The notes under the pieces: model-generated | The model's database searches: none | What the model was told of the DNA's origin: nothing | Seen by the model: only the letters and a program-made list of their open reading frames with translations | Position numbers and translations under genes: made by a program | In this document: one piece after another, positions 1 to 8,658 of the stretch | How the letters are laid out: each line of letters begins with the position of its first letter | Position numbering within the stretch: position 1 is the stretch's first letter | DNA from: a virus | Lineage: Duplodnaviria; Caudoviricetes | DNA: 37,744 nt | Direction: 5' to 3' (one strand) | Virus record (IMG/VR): IMGVR_UViG_3300049189_000041 | Coordinates: 1 to 37,744 of that record

Positions 1-199
1 TGTTTGTGTTTGGTCTGGCTCCGCCGCGCCGGCGAATTGGCAGACCGATCACGTAGCGGATAAGGTTCGGAGGTGAGAGGCTGCAGATGTGACTCTTCGC
101 CTCTTCCCTGCTTAGGCCGGCCTTCATCGCTACCGCGCCGGCCAGGGCGTACAGGGTTGCTGTTTCCGATTCTGAAAACTCGATAATGACTTTTTTCAT
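1..199 (-). CDS. Hypothetical protein, 3'-truncated by window start (MKKVIIEFSES...RRRGGARPNTN)
   Basis: Manually translated open frame from ATG at 199 running off the left end; basic RGGARP motif. Confidence 0.5.
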   Translation of the reverse strand, partial: MKKVIIEFSESETATLYALAGAVAMKAGLSREEAKSHICSLSPPNLIRYVIGLPIRRRGGARPNTN

Positions 200-256
200 G
201 ATGGAGACATATTGGCCGCAGTTATCGAACGGGGCCGAGGGCGCCCCGTAGGGTTG

Positions 257-454
257 CTACCGCTGAATTACCCAAGCGCGCTCGTCGGACAATTCCTCAT
301 CGCTTGGATTGGCGCCGTTGTAGCGATCTTCCCCATTCGCACAGCCCAGGTGCAGGACTGTGTATTCGCCCTGCTTCGGAACTTCGAGCGAATCAGGATG
401 CAGGTTTTCGGTATCAACCTTCGTGTCACAAACTGAGCATTTTCTGTTAGCCAT
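257..454 (-). CDS. Small hypothetical protein, possible Zn finger (CSVC...HLGC)
   Basis: ORF with GGAGAG RBS downstream of a leftward promoter. Confidence 0.55.
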   Translation of the reverse strand: MANRKCSVCDTKVDTENLHPDSLEVPKQGEYTVLHLGCANGEDRYNGANPSDEELSDERAWVIQR

Positions 455-515
455 ATTCTCTCCGGTTATCTGCGTTGATCTCTCGCCGCTGCTTTATTGC
501 CGCTGCGATGAATGC

Positions 516-544
516 ATCGTAGTTCAAATATGGGTTTGAGTCAA
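516..544 (-). promoter_or_regulatory. Leftward sigma70-like promoter TTGACT-N17-TACGAT
   Basis: Consensus match on the minus strand upstream of ORF 257-454. Confidence 0.55.
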
Positions 545-629
545 GAGAAAAATACGCTGAGCGGCGTTTTTTTTGCTGTATACTGCGCTCTGTAATTCTG
601 CTTCCCGTAGCCCTAATAGAGGAGTAACC

Positions 630-1175
630 GTGAAACAGCCAATTCTATTTATCGCCGCGCTTCTCGCCCTGACATTCGCAGCTGGCGCCCAACAGAAACA
701 GGCGCTAGTGTGCACCGTCCGAATCCTGCTTCTAAACCAGAACTGGGAAGACCGCTCTCAAACCCGTGAAATGATGAGTCCCGACCAGACGAAGTGGTGG
801 CTTGAGGATGGCCAGAAGAAATTCAAGAACTTTTGCTTCGTCTCGGCTTCCAAACCCTACGACTACCGCATAGTCTGGACTGACACCGAAACTCATCACA
901 GGGGCTACATCCCCACAACCACCACAACTTCTGGAACCGTCACTAGCGGCGACAGAACCGGCACGTACTCCGAAACGTCTACCACGAATCCTGGACGCCC
1001 AGTTACCTACAAGACTTCCTATGTTCAGATTCGAGTCTTCAAGGTTGACTCAAATCTGGAATCGGAGCCCCTTTTCAACGAACTCCACAAAGGCAAGTGG
1101 ATATGGTCAAAGGCTGATAGGGCCGCGCTTGAAAACGCGCTCAAAGCGCTTTCTAAGCTAACCAAACAACCTTGA
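630..1175 (+). CDS. Secreted/periplasmic hypothetical protein with signal peptide
   Basis: GAGGAG RBS before GTG at 630; MKQPILFIAALLALTFAAGA signal peptide; Thr-rich segment. Confidence 0.75.
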   Translation: MKQPILFIAALLALTFAAGAQQKQALVCTVRILLLNQNWEDRSQTREMMSPDQTKWWLEDGQKKFKNFCFVSASKPYDYRIVWTDTETHHRGYIPTTTTTSGTVTSGDRTGTYSETSTTNPGRPVTYKTSYVQIRVFKVDSNLESEPLFNELHKGKWIWSKADRAALENALKALSKLTKQP

Positions 1176-1357
1176 CAGCGAGTGATAGAATGCGATTTAT
1201 GAGGAACACGCTGAACGACTTCGCTAAATGGTTATGGCTTCATATAGGCGTTCTGGCCTATCAGGCCGCATTCCTCCTTCTCTGTCTGCTAGTGGCCATT
1301 CCTGCGATTATCTGGACTATTCTGCGCAAACTGAGAGGGGCCGATGAACCGACATAA
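1172..1357 (+). CDS. Small membrane protein
   Basis: Long hydrophobic stretch followed by a basic tail; true start may be ATG at 1190 or 1199. Confidence 0.5.
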   Translation: MTASDRMRFMRNTLNDFAKWLWLHIGVLAYQAAFLLLCLLVAIPAIIWTILRKLRGADEPT

Positions 1358-1509
1358 AACACGCCCAACGCTCGACGAGCTTAAACATAACCCCCCCCTC
1401 CATCCCAATCCCACCCCTCCATTAACTCAACACACTCACAGCTCCTCGAGCCTTCACCAACCTCACCCACTCACCGCACGACCACCATCAATCACACGAC
1501 CACCAGGCC

Positions 1510-1529
1510 AGCGCTGCAGCTGCAGCGCT
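1510..1529. repeat. Perfect 20-bp palindrome AGCGCTGCAGCTGCAGCGCT
   Basis: Sequence equals its own reverse complement. Confidence 0.9.
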
Positions 1530-1747
1530 CACACTCGTACAGGACTCATCGAAGGGGCCTAGATGCCCCATGCCCAGAGGCAGCCGTAGAGGATCCTACA
1601 GCTATCCCCCCTGGGAAATCGCCCACCTTGGCCCGGGTCTTGTGATTCCACACCTATCTCCCCTGGGTTTTTCACTACCCTTGGGAGCGTAGCGGGTGTT
1701 TCGCTGTTCGATCGCTGTTTGTTCGGCGTGTTCGTCGTGGTTTGAAT

Positions 1748-1833
1748 GGCTTACGCTGTAGGGTTACTGTACATGCAACGCGCGTAGTATGAATCATTTT
1801 AGTATTGTGTCAAGCGTGGTAGCCACAGTGGGT
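1748..1833. repeat. Left copy of an 86-bp perfect inverted repeat
   Basis: Exact reverse complement of 37659-37744. Confidence 0.97.
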
Positions 1834-1834
1834 G

Positions 1835-2341
1835 TTACCAGAGGGTTATTGGTGGCGAGTCTTGAGTGGTGACTTCAAGTTGAATGCTACCAATAGTCGC
1901 CGTGATTGCGGCAATATCCGCCAGGTCTACGGTCGTCACCTGATATAACACACGGACTTGTACTTGCGAGATGTCCTGCCCAGCTCCGAGGCTGACAGAA
2001 AACACAGTCGGCCCCTGCGCCGACGTGAAGTTCAACCGCTCAACCGCGTTTATCCATGCGCCGCCGCCGTTCAGAGTGTATTGGAGTCTAAACGTGTTTG
2101 TCGGCGTCGGCCCCACCAATGCCCCGTTGCTCGTGTGGGTTATCTTCAGCGTTACGGCGGTTTTCGCCCCGACGACATCTTGGAACGTGTGCCAACGGCA
2201 ACTCTTCGTCAAGCTGTTGCCCGCGCTTTCTGACGTTGTGGTTTCGGCGTGGCCCGTGTTCGATGGCGTATCTACGGCGGAACCGGACAATACGGCGTCG
2301 GGACTTTGAAACGCGGTCGGAGTAAGCGTGTGGATAGGCAT
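1835..2341 (-). CDS. Beta-rich Thr/Ser/Gly protein, possibly virion-associated
   Basis: Composition and beta-strand patterning; coupled to the upstream ORF by a TAATG overlap. Confidence 0.6.
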   Translation of the reverse strand: MPIHTLTPTAFQSPDAVLSGSAVDTPSNTGHAETTTSESAGNSLTKSCRWHTFQDVVGAKTAVTLKITHTSNGALVGPTPTNTFRLQYTLNGGGAWINAVERLNFTSAQGPTVFSVSLGAGQDISQVQVRVLYQVTTVDLADIAAITATIGSIQLEVTTQDSPPITLW

Positions 2342-2697
2342 TATTTCCCTTTCGCTGTTTGAAGTCCTTCGTTGAGTCTTTGCGCCATCTGCCGAGCGAG
2401 CGCGCCGGCGTCGGAGGCAATGAACGCGGACAACTGCTTACCGTCGCGGCCTTCGATCAGCAAAACGCCGATGACGCCGCGGCATCCAACGTCCTCGCCG
2501 AGAGGCGAGATCGCGGCGGTTATCTCGTAATCCCCTCGCTTTGCAGTGGTCACTACAACGTTGCTGTTCGTCAGTTCGTCGCGCAGCAATCGGGCAAGCT
2601 CTCCGTCTTGCGCATCGAGCGACACGCGCGGCTTCCTGTCCTGCGCCATTGCAGACGCGGGCAGAATCAAAAACAAAATCAGTAACATGTTTTTCAT
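2341..2697 (-). CDS. Secreted hypothetical protein with signal peptide
   Basis: MKNMLLILFLILPASAMA signal peptide. Confidence 0.7.
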   Translation of the reverse strand: MKNMLLILFLILPASAMAQDRKPRVSLDAQDGELARLLRDELTNSNVVVTTAKRGDYEITAAISPLGEDVGCRGVIGVLLIEGRDGKQLSAFIASDAGALARQMAQRLNEGLQTAKGK

Positions 2698-2902
2698 GAT
2701 CTCTTATGCCGCTCAAGGTCTCGTTTGAGCCGTAATCGATTTGTGATAGTCTAACACCCATCGCGGGCCGCTCAGGGCTGAAACCCCTGAGCCGGCCTAA
2801 AACCTGGGATTGGCAGGTACGCGACGGGCAATTGCTTATATCCGAAGCCCTTTCGACTTAGCAACCCCTTCTCTTGCCTGCCTCAAACAAAGTGAGGCAA
2901 CA

Positions 2903-3583
2903 ATGAACAACAACGTTCAAGAAGCATTCAAGTACAACCGAGCGCGAAAGAACGTAATCGTCGGCGGGATGGTGATCTTGCTGGCGATTACGGCGCTTTC
3001 CTGCGTCAGTTCCTACCAGATTTACAAGGACGGCTTCGCGGATTTCCCGCGAGAGCTTCAAGTCGCGCTTGCAATGTTCGCCGTCGTCGTCGTCGAAGGG
3101 GCGTTCGTGTGGCTGGTCTACGGCTTCACCCGGGCCTTCTCTTCCGGGATGGAGCGCCTGGTTTCCCTTGCGGGTATGGGGTTCCTCGTCGTGGTAATGC
3201 TTCTCAACCTTGTGACGCATTTCATGATGGTCAAAGGCATTCCCCTCGCCGAGTTTCAAGAGTCGTGGATCGCGTGGGGCGCGGTGAGCGTTTTTATCGC
3301 CGTGTTGCTGATCGTCCTGGCCATCACGCTCGGCGATCCGGTGATTCGGTTGATTCGGTTGGAACTTCGGTTTAAGGGTAAGCAGGAGGAAACCATCCTT
3401 GCGGCCAAGACGGACGCGCTCGACTCGGACAAGATTCAACACGCGATGGCGGAACGCGCGGACCTCGAGGCCGACCAGCTGGCGACAAGGATACTCGGGC
3501 CCGGCGTATTGCCCCAGAAACTGGACCCCGGCTTCGTCTCTCAAGATCGGCGCAACCGGACCAGAGGGGGCTCATTGGACTGA
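2903..3583 (+). CDS. Four-TM membrane protein with helical C-terminal tail
   Basis: GAGG RBS before ATG 2903; four hydrophobic segments. Confidence 0.8.
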   Translation: MNNNVQEAFKYNRARKNVIVGGMVILLAITALSCVSSYQIYKDGFADFPRELQVALAMFAVVVVEGAFVWLVYGFTRAFSSGMERLVSLAGMGFLVVVMLLNLVTHFMMVKGIPLAEFQESWIAWGAVSVFIAVLLIVLAITLGDPVIRLIRLELRFKGKQEETILAAKTDALDSDKIQHAMAERADLEADQLATRILGPGVLPQKLDPGFVSQDRRNRTRGGSLD

Positions 3584-3600
3584 CGACCGGGAGCGTCGAA

Positions 3601-3975
3601 ATGCAGGCGCGGGACGCTCCCGTGATTGAAGCGCCAAGGCTCGTGGCAATCGAACCGAAGACGCCAATGATTGCCACTCGTGGCAGTAAGCCGATAAGGT
3701 CTTTGAGAACAACGACTCAACGAACGCCAAAGCCAAAAATGAAAACAGGCAGAAAGCCGCCCACCACGAGCGGCTACGAGTGGCGAAAGAACGGCGCCGG
3801 TTGGGACTTGCGAAAGGTTGTTTACATCGAAGACGCCACGAGTGGCAGACAGCGCAAACGGCCTTATCTTGGACACCTGTCCAAGACGGCTTTCGGGGAA
3901 CTAAACCGCAAGCATAAAGGGGCGCGGTTGGAGCGGGCAATCGCTGAGTGGATCGAGGCTCACGACAAGTCCTAA
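3601..3975 (+). CDS. Basic hypothetical protein, possibly nucleic-acid binding
   Basis: Follows the membrane gene; K/R-rich; ends just before a terminator. Confidence 0.65.
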   Translation: MQARDAPVIEAPRLVAIEPKTPMIATRGSKPIRSLRTTTQRTPKPKMKTGRKPPTTSGYEWRKNGAGWDLRKVVYIEDATSGRQRKRPYLGHLSKTAFGELNRKHKGARLERAIAEWIEAHDKS

Positions 3976-3980
3976 AAACA

Positions 3981-4005
3981 AAGCCGGGTTGATCGCCCGG
4001 CTTTT
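3981..4005. terminator. Bidirectional intrinsic terminator AAAGCCGGG-N7-CCCGGCTTT
   Basis: GC hairpin with A-rich and T-rich flanks between convergent genes. Confidence 0.75.
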
Positions 4006-4052
4006 CCTTTGATCCCCGCCTCGCGTGGAGCCGTGGGCGGGTTAGGCGGCGG

Positions 4053-4328
4053 CTACAGTTCGCCGGTGTCAGCGAATCGCAGCAGGGCAGTAGCGATCTC
4101 CCGCGCCATCTCGCGTGTCAGGTGCATACGCGCCAAGCAATCGCCTGTAATGTGATGGTGGGTTCCCTTATCCATCCCAAGCCATATACACGGCCCGCTA
4201 TCTTCCTCGTCTTGGACGCTCTGCAATGAGGACTCCTGAATCGAGCAGGCGTCGCCATTATAGTCTTTGAAATCGGCGCGCTGAAACCCTCGGTCATTGG
4301 CAGGTACAAAATTCAGTTTAAAGCTCAT
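4053..4328 (-). CDS. Phage hypothetical protein (RGF..FKD..CSIQESS..IWLG..RMHLTRE)
   Basis: GGAGGAG RBS; motif pattern recalled from small phage proteins. Confidence 0.75.
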   Translation of the reverse strand: MSFKLNFVPANDRGFQRADFKDYNGDACSIQESSLQSVQDEEDSGPCIWLGMDKGTHHHITGDCLARMHLTREMAREIATALLRFADTGEL

Positions 4329-4360
4329 ATTCTCCTCCATTTCTCACTCAACAGAGTGGG

Positions 4361-4636
4361 TTAGGCGGCGGTGGTTGCTCTTTCTCTTTCATCCGCGCCA
4401 TTGATATACCGATTACAGAGTAAATCCCAACCGCATGTGGGACACCATTCAAGATAGCCGTGCCCCTCGCACTCATCGCAGCGGACGTTATCCATCGGCG
4501 CTAGGCAGCAACAGGTATCATCGCCGCAGTCGTGAGAGCCTGTGCCGTCGCCGCCGCAACTATCGCACCCGCGCTCATATGTGTGGCTCTCGCATTTCGG
4601 GCATATCTCGTCGCCTAATTCAACGTTTGGATGCAT
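4361..4636 (-). CDS. Cys-rich zinc-finger protein with DnaJ-like CxxCxGxG repeats
   Basis: CPKC, CDSCGGDG, CDECEGHG, CPTC; GGAGG RBS. Confidence 0.75.
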   Translation of the reverse strand: MHPNVELGDEICPKCESHTYERGCDSCGGDGTGSHDCGDDTCCCLAPMDNVRCDECEGHGYLEWCPTCGWDLLCNRYINGADERERATTAA

Positions 4637-4690
4637 CGTTTTCCCCTCCATTCATCACTCAACCGAAAGTACCATTCGGTTTCTCTCAAA

Positions 4691-5710
4691 TTATTCATCA
4701 TCGTCCTTGAACGGCTTCGAAGCCTCTGGGTAAATCGCCTTCCAAATCAGGCTTGAATAATCCTTACCGTCAAGCATTTTGAACAGAATGGCGGGATGTG
4801 GGCAGGTTTGGAAGTAGAGCGCTGTAGTCTTCCGGTCGCCCAGGTCTTTGAAATCATCCTTACAGCGGTCTTCTATTGCTGCGTATTCCGTCCTCAACTG
4901 CGCCTCAACCGTCCGAACCCACGCGTAAAACTCATCAGGAACGCGGTCGATAATCGGCTGCAAGCCTTCCGGCGTTTGCATTGATTCCCAGATGCCGCGA
5001 GCGCTCAAGCCGGTCAGTAAGCGGTGAAGGCGTTTATACTCGGCGAACTTCATCTTTACGCGTTGGCCAGACTCGGTGAATCGCACTACGAAGCCTTCCT
5101 TGTTTGGGTCTTCAAGCGCTACGAGTTCGGCAAAGTCCTGAATACCGTCGTATCGCTTCGCAATCGGGAACCCAATATCTTCAAGTGGCAAATCTTTTCC
5201 AGTGGCCGTGTCAATGATGGCCAGCAAAACCAAGTCCTCCATGTCGCCGTAATCAACGACGATTCGATTGGACGGATGAATAATCTCGAAAAGATAGGTT
5301 AGCTCGGTCCGGAAGCGAACCCAGTGATAACGAGAGTCTAAGATATGATTCGCAAATTCGGACTGCTCGCTGGTAAAGCTGCCGCGCGTGGCTATCCAAG
5401 GCCGTTCGCCGATGAAGTAGAGAACGCCAAGTGAGCCGTCCAATTTGTCGTATACCTCAAACGGGCCGCTTGGCAGATTGCCGTCAAGTTGTTCGACGCT
5501 AAAGAACTTAGGGAACGGTCGCGCAACAATCTGGCCATCGTCGGCCACAATCAAGCCGCGACAGGCTATTGTCTCAGGCGTCCAATGCCAGTCGTATTGG
5601 CATTTATGCGTATAATTGTAAATCGTCAGCGGCGCCATCGGGTGTCGCTGCTTTGAGATATAGCCCTCTCGAACCTGTTCTTCTACGTTGTTCCAATTTA
5701 GCATATTCAC
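4691..5710 (-). CDS. T4 Rnl1-family RNA ligase
   Basis: CRGLI..VARPFPKFF, motif I KLDGS, ATRGSF, FEII, EGFVV, RVKMKFAEY. Confidence 0.9.
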   Translation of the reverse strand: MNMLNWNNVEEQVREGYISKQRHPMAPLTIYNYTHKCQYDWHWTPETIACRGLIVADDGQIVARPFPKFFSVEQLDGNLPSGPFEVYDKLDGSLGVLYFIGERPWIATRGSFTSEQSEFANHILDSRYHWVRFRTELTYLFEIIHPSNRIVVDYGDMEDLVLLAIIDTATGKDLPLEDIGFPIAKRYDGIQDFAELVALEDPNKEGFVVRFTESGQRVKMKFAEYKRLHRLLTGLSARGIWESMQTPEGLQPIIDRVPDEFYAWVRTVEAQLRTEYAAIEDRCKDDFKDLGDRKTTALYFQTCPHPAILFKMLDGKDYSSLIWKAIYPEASKPFKDDDE

Positions 5711-5831
5711 CCCACCTTCAAATGCGTTGAACTCGACTCCCCAGGGCGCGCGTGCGGAGGGGAAGAGTGGTTATTTGGTCCTCAATCCTCATTCACCCGA
5801 CGCCAGGCCCAGTTGCGTTTTGGTTTGGTCA

Positions 5832-6002
5832 TCACTCCACTTCTCCGCACTCGCCATCAAGCGATTTCAGAAACCCACTTATACGCACCCGCACTGACTG
5901 ATCCCATTCACTCCAGGCAGTTCCGTCAGCGTGCCAACCGTCGAAGATTTGGGCAATATCGGTCAGTAGTATTTGTAATTCTGAAATTTGCTGTTCAGTC
6001 AT
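5832..6002 (-). CDS. Small hypothetical protein, 56 aa (MTEQQISELQ...)
   Basis: Manually found; GGAG RBS; overlaps the end of the upstream ORF. Confidence 0.6.
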   Translation of the reverse strand: MTEQQISELQILLTDIAQIFDGWHADGTAWSEWDQSVRVRISGFLKSLDGECGEVE

Positions 6003-6258
6003 TCTCCCTCACTCCGCGCTTTCCGCGACGGGGCCGCTTCGGTTTGAATAGTTTGTTAGGCGTCCATATGACGTACAATCCACACGATGCGCATTTCTCT
6101 TGTGCGTGGGTCTTACTCATTCTTTCGGCCCACGAATGCCAGCCCAGATAGCTTTCCGGGCTTGGCGTGTGCTGTTGGATATTCGAGCACGATCCGCGTA
6201 GTGTCAGCGGCTCGTTCTCGTCGGGCACGATGCAGATAATCCCTTTTGCTTTACTCAT
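5995..6258 (-). CDS. Hypothetical protein with His/Cys motifs (HTPSP..WHSWA..CASCG)
   Basis: ATGA overlap with upstream gene; GGAGG RBS. Confidence 0.65.
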   Translation of the reverse strand: MSKAKGIICIVPDENEPLTLRGSCSNIQQHTPSPESYLGWHSWAERMSKTHAQEKCASCGLYVIWTPNKLFKPKRPRRGKRGVREND

Positions 6259-6611
6259 TCCTCCCCTCCGCCCTGGCTCAGCGCTGATTGGCGGGCGCAG
6301 TCGTCCTTGTGGCCGTAAACTGGTCGCGCACGACACCATGCGCACTCGGCTCCGTCTTCGAATATCCACTCCACCTGTTCCAGCGCGGCGCGGAGTTTGT
6401 CCCGGTCGCGTTCTATGCCCTCTGATACGCCAATCCAGTGCGATATGTCGGCGCGAAGTTTGGCGTTCTCGGCTTCGAGTTCGGCAATCCGTGGGTCTTC
6501 AAGCCTCTCGGCTTCTCTTCTCCGCTCCTCCATCAATCGCTCGTCGGTGTCACGTTGGACCTGAAGCGCGAGATTGTGAGCATCGCGTAGTGTAATGCGC
6601 TCCTTAGTCAT
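6255..6611 (-). CDS. Coiled-coil protein with C-terminal CxxC-H-C finger
   Basis: Heptad-rich; CAWC..GHKDDC. Confidence 0.65.
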   Translation of the reverse strand: MTKERITLRDAHNLALQVQRDTDERLMEERRREAERLEDPRIAELEAENAKLRADISHWIGVSEGIERDRDKLRAALEQVEWIFEDGAECAWCRARPVYGHKDDCARQSALSQGGGEE

Positions 6612-7530
6612 TCTCTGAAGCTCCTTCCTGCCGCGTGTCGGGATTGAGGGCGGCTTGCATCTTCTCAATCTGCGCCCTCGTTAGCTGGACAGCGACGGTT
6701 CCGAACACTTGAAAATGCCTCTCAAGCGTGCGCGGCCCCACGGCTTTCCCCGCCTCCCTCAGCACGAGTTGCGCCGCCTTCGCCAAATCCGCCGCGCGCG
6801 CTTCGGCTTTCTGTAGCCATCTTTCGCGTTCGTTGGCTTGCGTCTCCCAGAAATGGCTTCTCTCCCTCGCTATGGTTAGCCCTCTTTCCGCCGCCTCTGC
6901 CCGCGCATTCGCCTCGTCAAGCTCGGCGCACGCCTTCAAGTGTTCGCTCTCTGCTCGATTCAAGGCGGCATGAGCTGCTTCTCTCCTTGCGTTCGCCTCG
7001 GCCAACTGCTGCTCAAGTTCGGTGATTCGTGTATCAGCCTCGCTCGCAATCCATGCTGCGGCCTCGCGAGCAGCGCTCACCCCGTTCTGGTATGCAGAAT
7101 GATGTGAGCCCAAGGGCGTCTTGGCGGCTATATTCATCATCATGTCGCGGTAAGCCTGACGCGCGACGGTTGCGGTTATTTGCCGCATCTTCGCCTCTCT
7201 TACGTCTTCCGGCTCGCCCTCGATAATCTCAATCGTTCCGCGCACGCCGGCTGCGGCCAACTGCGCTTCGGCTGCTTCGGCGCGTTTAACCGCCGCGTCG
7301 CGCTCGGCAAATAATCGTTCTGCCGTGCATTCAGCAATATTGGTTAGCCTATCAATCGCTTCTGTTGTGAATTCGCCGTCATCGTCTACTAGCGGGAAAT
7401 CGCTTTCGCAGACGGACTCTGAAAACAATAAGCGAAATTCATTCTCAGTCATTGGTCCCGATGACGGTAACCATTGCTCGCCCTCGGTTTGTTCGTCCAG
7501 GCTCTGAATCTGACTTAGAAAAACTGGCAT
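6604..7530 (-). CDS. Ala/Glu-rich coiled-coil hypothetical protein
   Basis: GGAGG RBS; RAEAAE repeats. Confidence 0.75.
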   Translation of the reverse strand: MPVFLSQIQSLDEQTEGEQWLPSSGPMTENEFRLLFSESVCESDFPLVDDDGEFTTEAIDRLTNIAECTAERLFAERDAAVKRAEAAEAQLAAAGVRGTIEIIEGEPEDVREAKMRQITATVARQAYRDMMMNIAAKTPLGSHHSAYQNGVSAAREAAAWIASEADTRITELEQQLAEANARREAAHAALNRAESEHLKACAELDEANARAEAAERGLTIARERSHFWETQANERERWLQKAEARAADLAKAAQLVLREAGKAVGPRTLERHFQVFGTVAVQLTRAQIEKMQAALNPDTRQEGASEND

Positions 7531-7532
7531 AA

Positions 7533-8273
7533 TTATTCCTCCACTCCTAACGCCTTCTTCGCGATCTCATAATAGCGCTCGCGGTCGGCAAGTCCATTTA
7601 GGCCACCATTAATCGCGCGCGTAAGTGCCTTGAAGTTCCGCTGATCGGCATGTTCGTTGCACTTGTTCAGTTTCCAGTACAGCGCCGCGATTTGGAACGC
7701 ATATTCAGGTTTCGCTGCAAGATCGGGATTTCCTTCCAGGTCTACGCCAAGCAGATCGCCGTATTTACGGAAGTTAAAACGACCCGTAATCATGATCACA
7801 CCCCGCCCACGGTACCTGTAGCCGTCGCCTTTCTCCGTGTTTCCAAGTTTCTTTGCCAGGTCGCTGGGCGGCTCGTATTTCTTCTGCTGATCCGTCGGCC
7901 CCCATATTTCCTGAAGCCATCGGAATTCGCCGCTCTCATGAGAAACTTGAGCGAGAAAAGCTGAGACGCGCAGCGCCGTATTGATTTCGTATTTTGCCAT
8001 CGCTGCGACGAGATGCGGCAGATATAAGTCGCGTTTCTCTGCCGGCAGGTTCGGCATGATCCTGTGAAGATCAGCGGCCATAAATGGGAATGATCGCTCA
8101 GCCGCCTCGCTCTCGGCAATCGCGGCCTCGATTGCTTTTAGGACCGGATCAAAGCCCCAGCCGCCCAGGTCGCGCCCGTCCTCGGCAATCAGAGCGAGCC
8201 TGACGGCCTTCTCGCCTGCGGCGTTGGTGAATAGCTTTTCCGTGGCAATGCGCGCGCGTTGGTTTGGTGCCAT
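7533..8273 (-). CDS. Glycoside hydrolase family 19 endolysin with N-terminal extension
   Basis: AFLAQVSHESG, LGN..GDGYRYRGRG, TRAINGGLNGLADR. Confidence 0.9.
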   Translation of the reverse strand: MAPNQRARIATEKLFTNAAGEKAVRLALIAEDGRDLGGWGFDPVLKAIEAAIAESEAAERSFPFMAADLHRIMPNLPAEKRDLYLPHLVAAMAKYEINTALRVSAFLAQVSHESGEFRWLQEIWGPTDQQKKYEPPSDLAKKLGNTEKGDGYRYRGRGVIMITGRFNFRKYGDLLGVDLEGNPDLAAKPEYAFQIAALYWKLNKCNEHADQRNFKALTRAINGGLNGLADRERYYEIAKKALGVEE

Positions 8274-8289
8274 AACTTTATTTGCTCCT

Positions 8290-8658
8290 TTATTCGCTGG
8301 CGATTTTTAGCCCAAGTTTCGCTTGTGTTATCTCGCCCAACTCGCCCCAGGTGCAGCCGCCCCAATCGAATGTCGCTGGCCACGTCTCGTGGTGATCGCA
8401 TTCGCATGAGTTGTAGCTTTGACAGCAGGGGCCAAACTCCTCGTCTATCGCCTCGTAGATTTCTTGTAACTGATCGAACCACTCGTCGCTTTTTAGATCC
8501 GTCTTCGAATCAATCCGAACTACGTAGAAGTTGGGACGAGTCAGCATCGGCGATAGTTTAATGAACTTCTGTCCGTCGCCGAATATTTGATCAACTAAAT
8601 ATGGCGTGACTTTGTATTTCGTGCCCCACAAAGAGGCTGTGGTTTCTGGCAGTTTCAT
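8290..8658 (-). CDS. Hypothetical protein (MKLPETT...)
   Basis: GGAGG RBS; ATGA overlap with upstream ORF. Confidence 0.7.
   Translation of the reverse strand: MKLPETTASLWGTKYKVTPYLVDQIFGDGQKFIKLSPMLTRPNFYVVRIDSKTDLKSDEWFDQLQEIYEAIDEEFGPCCQSYNSCECDHHETWPATFDWGGCTWGELGEITQAKLGLKIASE

Noticed and set aside
1344-1562. 72-aa His/Pro/Thr-rich ORF
   Set aside because: Likely a by-product of the C/A-skewed non-coding tract.
1697-1737. GTTC repeats as a LexA box (GTTC-N7-GTTC type)
   Set aside because: The best match has a mismatch (GTTC-N7-GTTT), other spacings are wrong, and the host is unknown.
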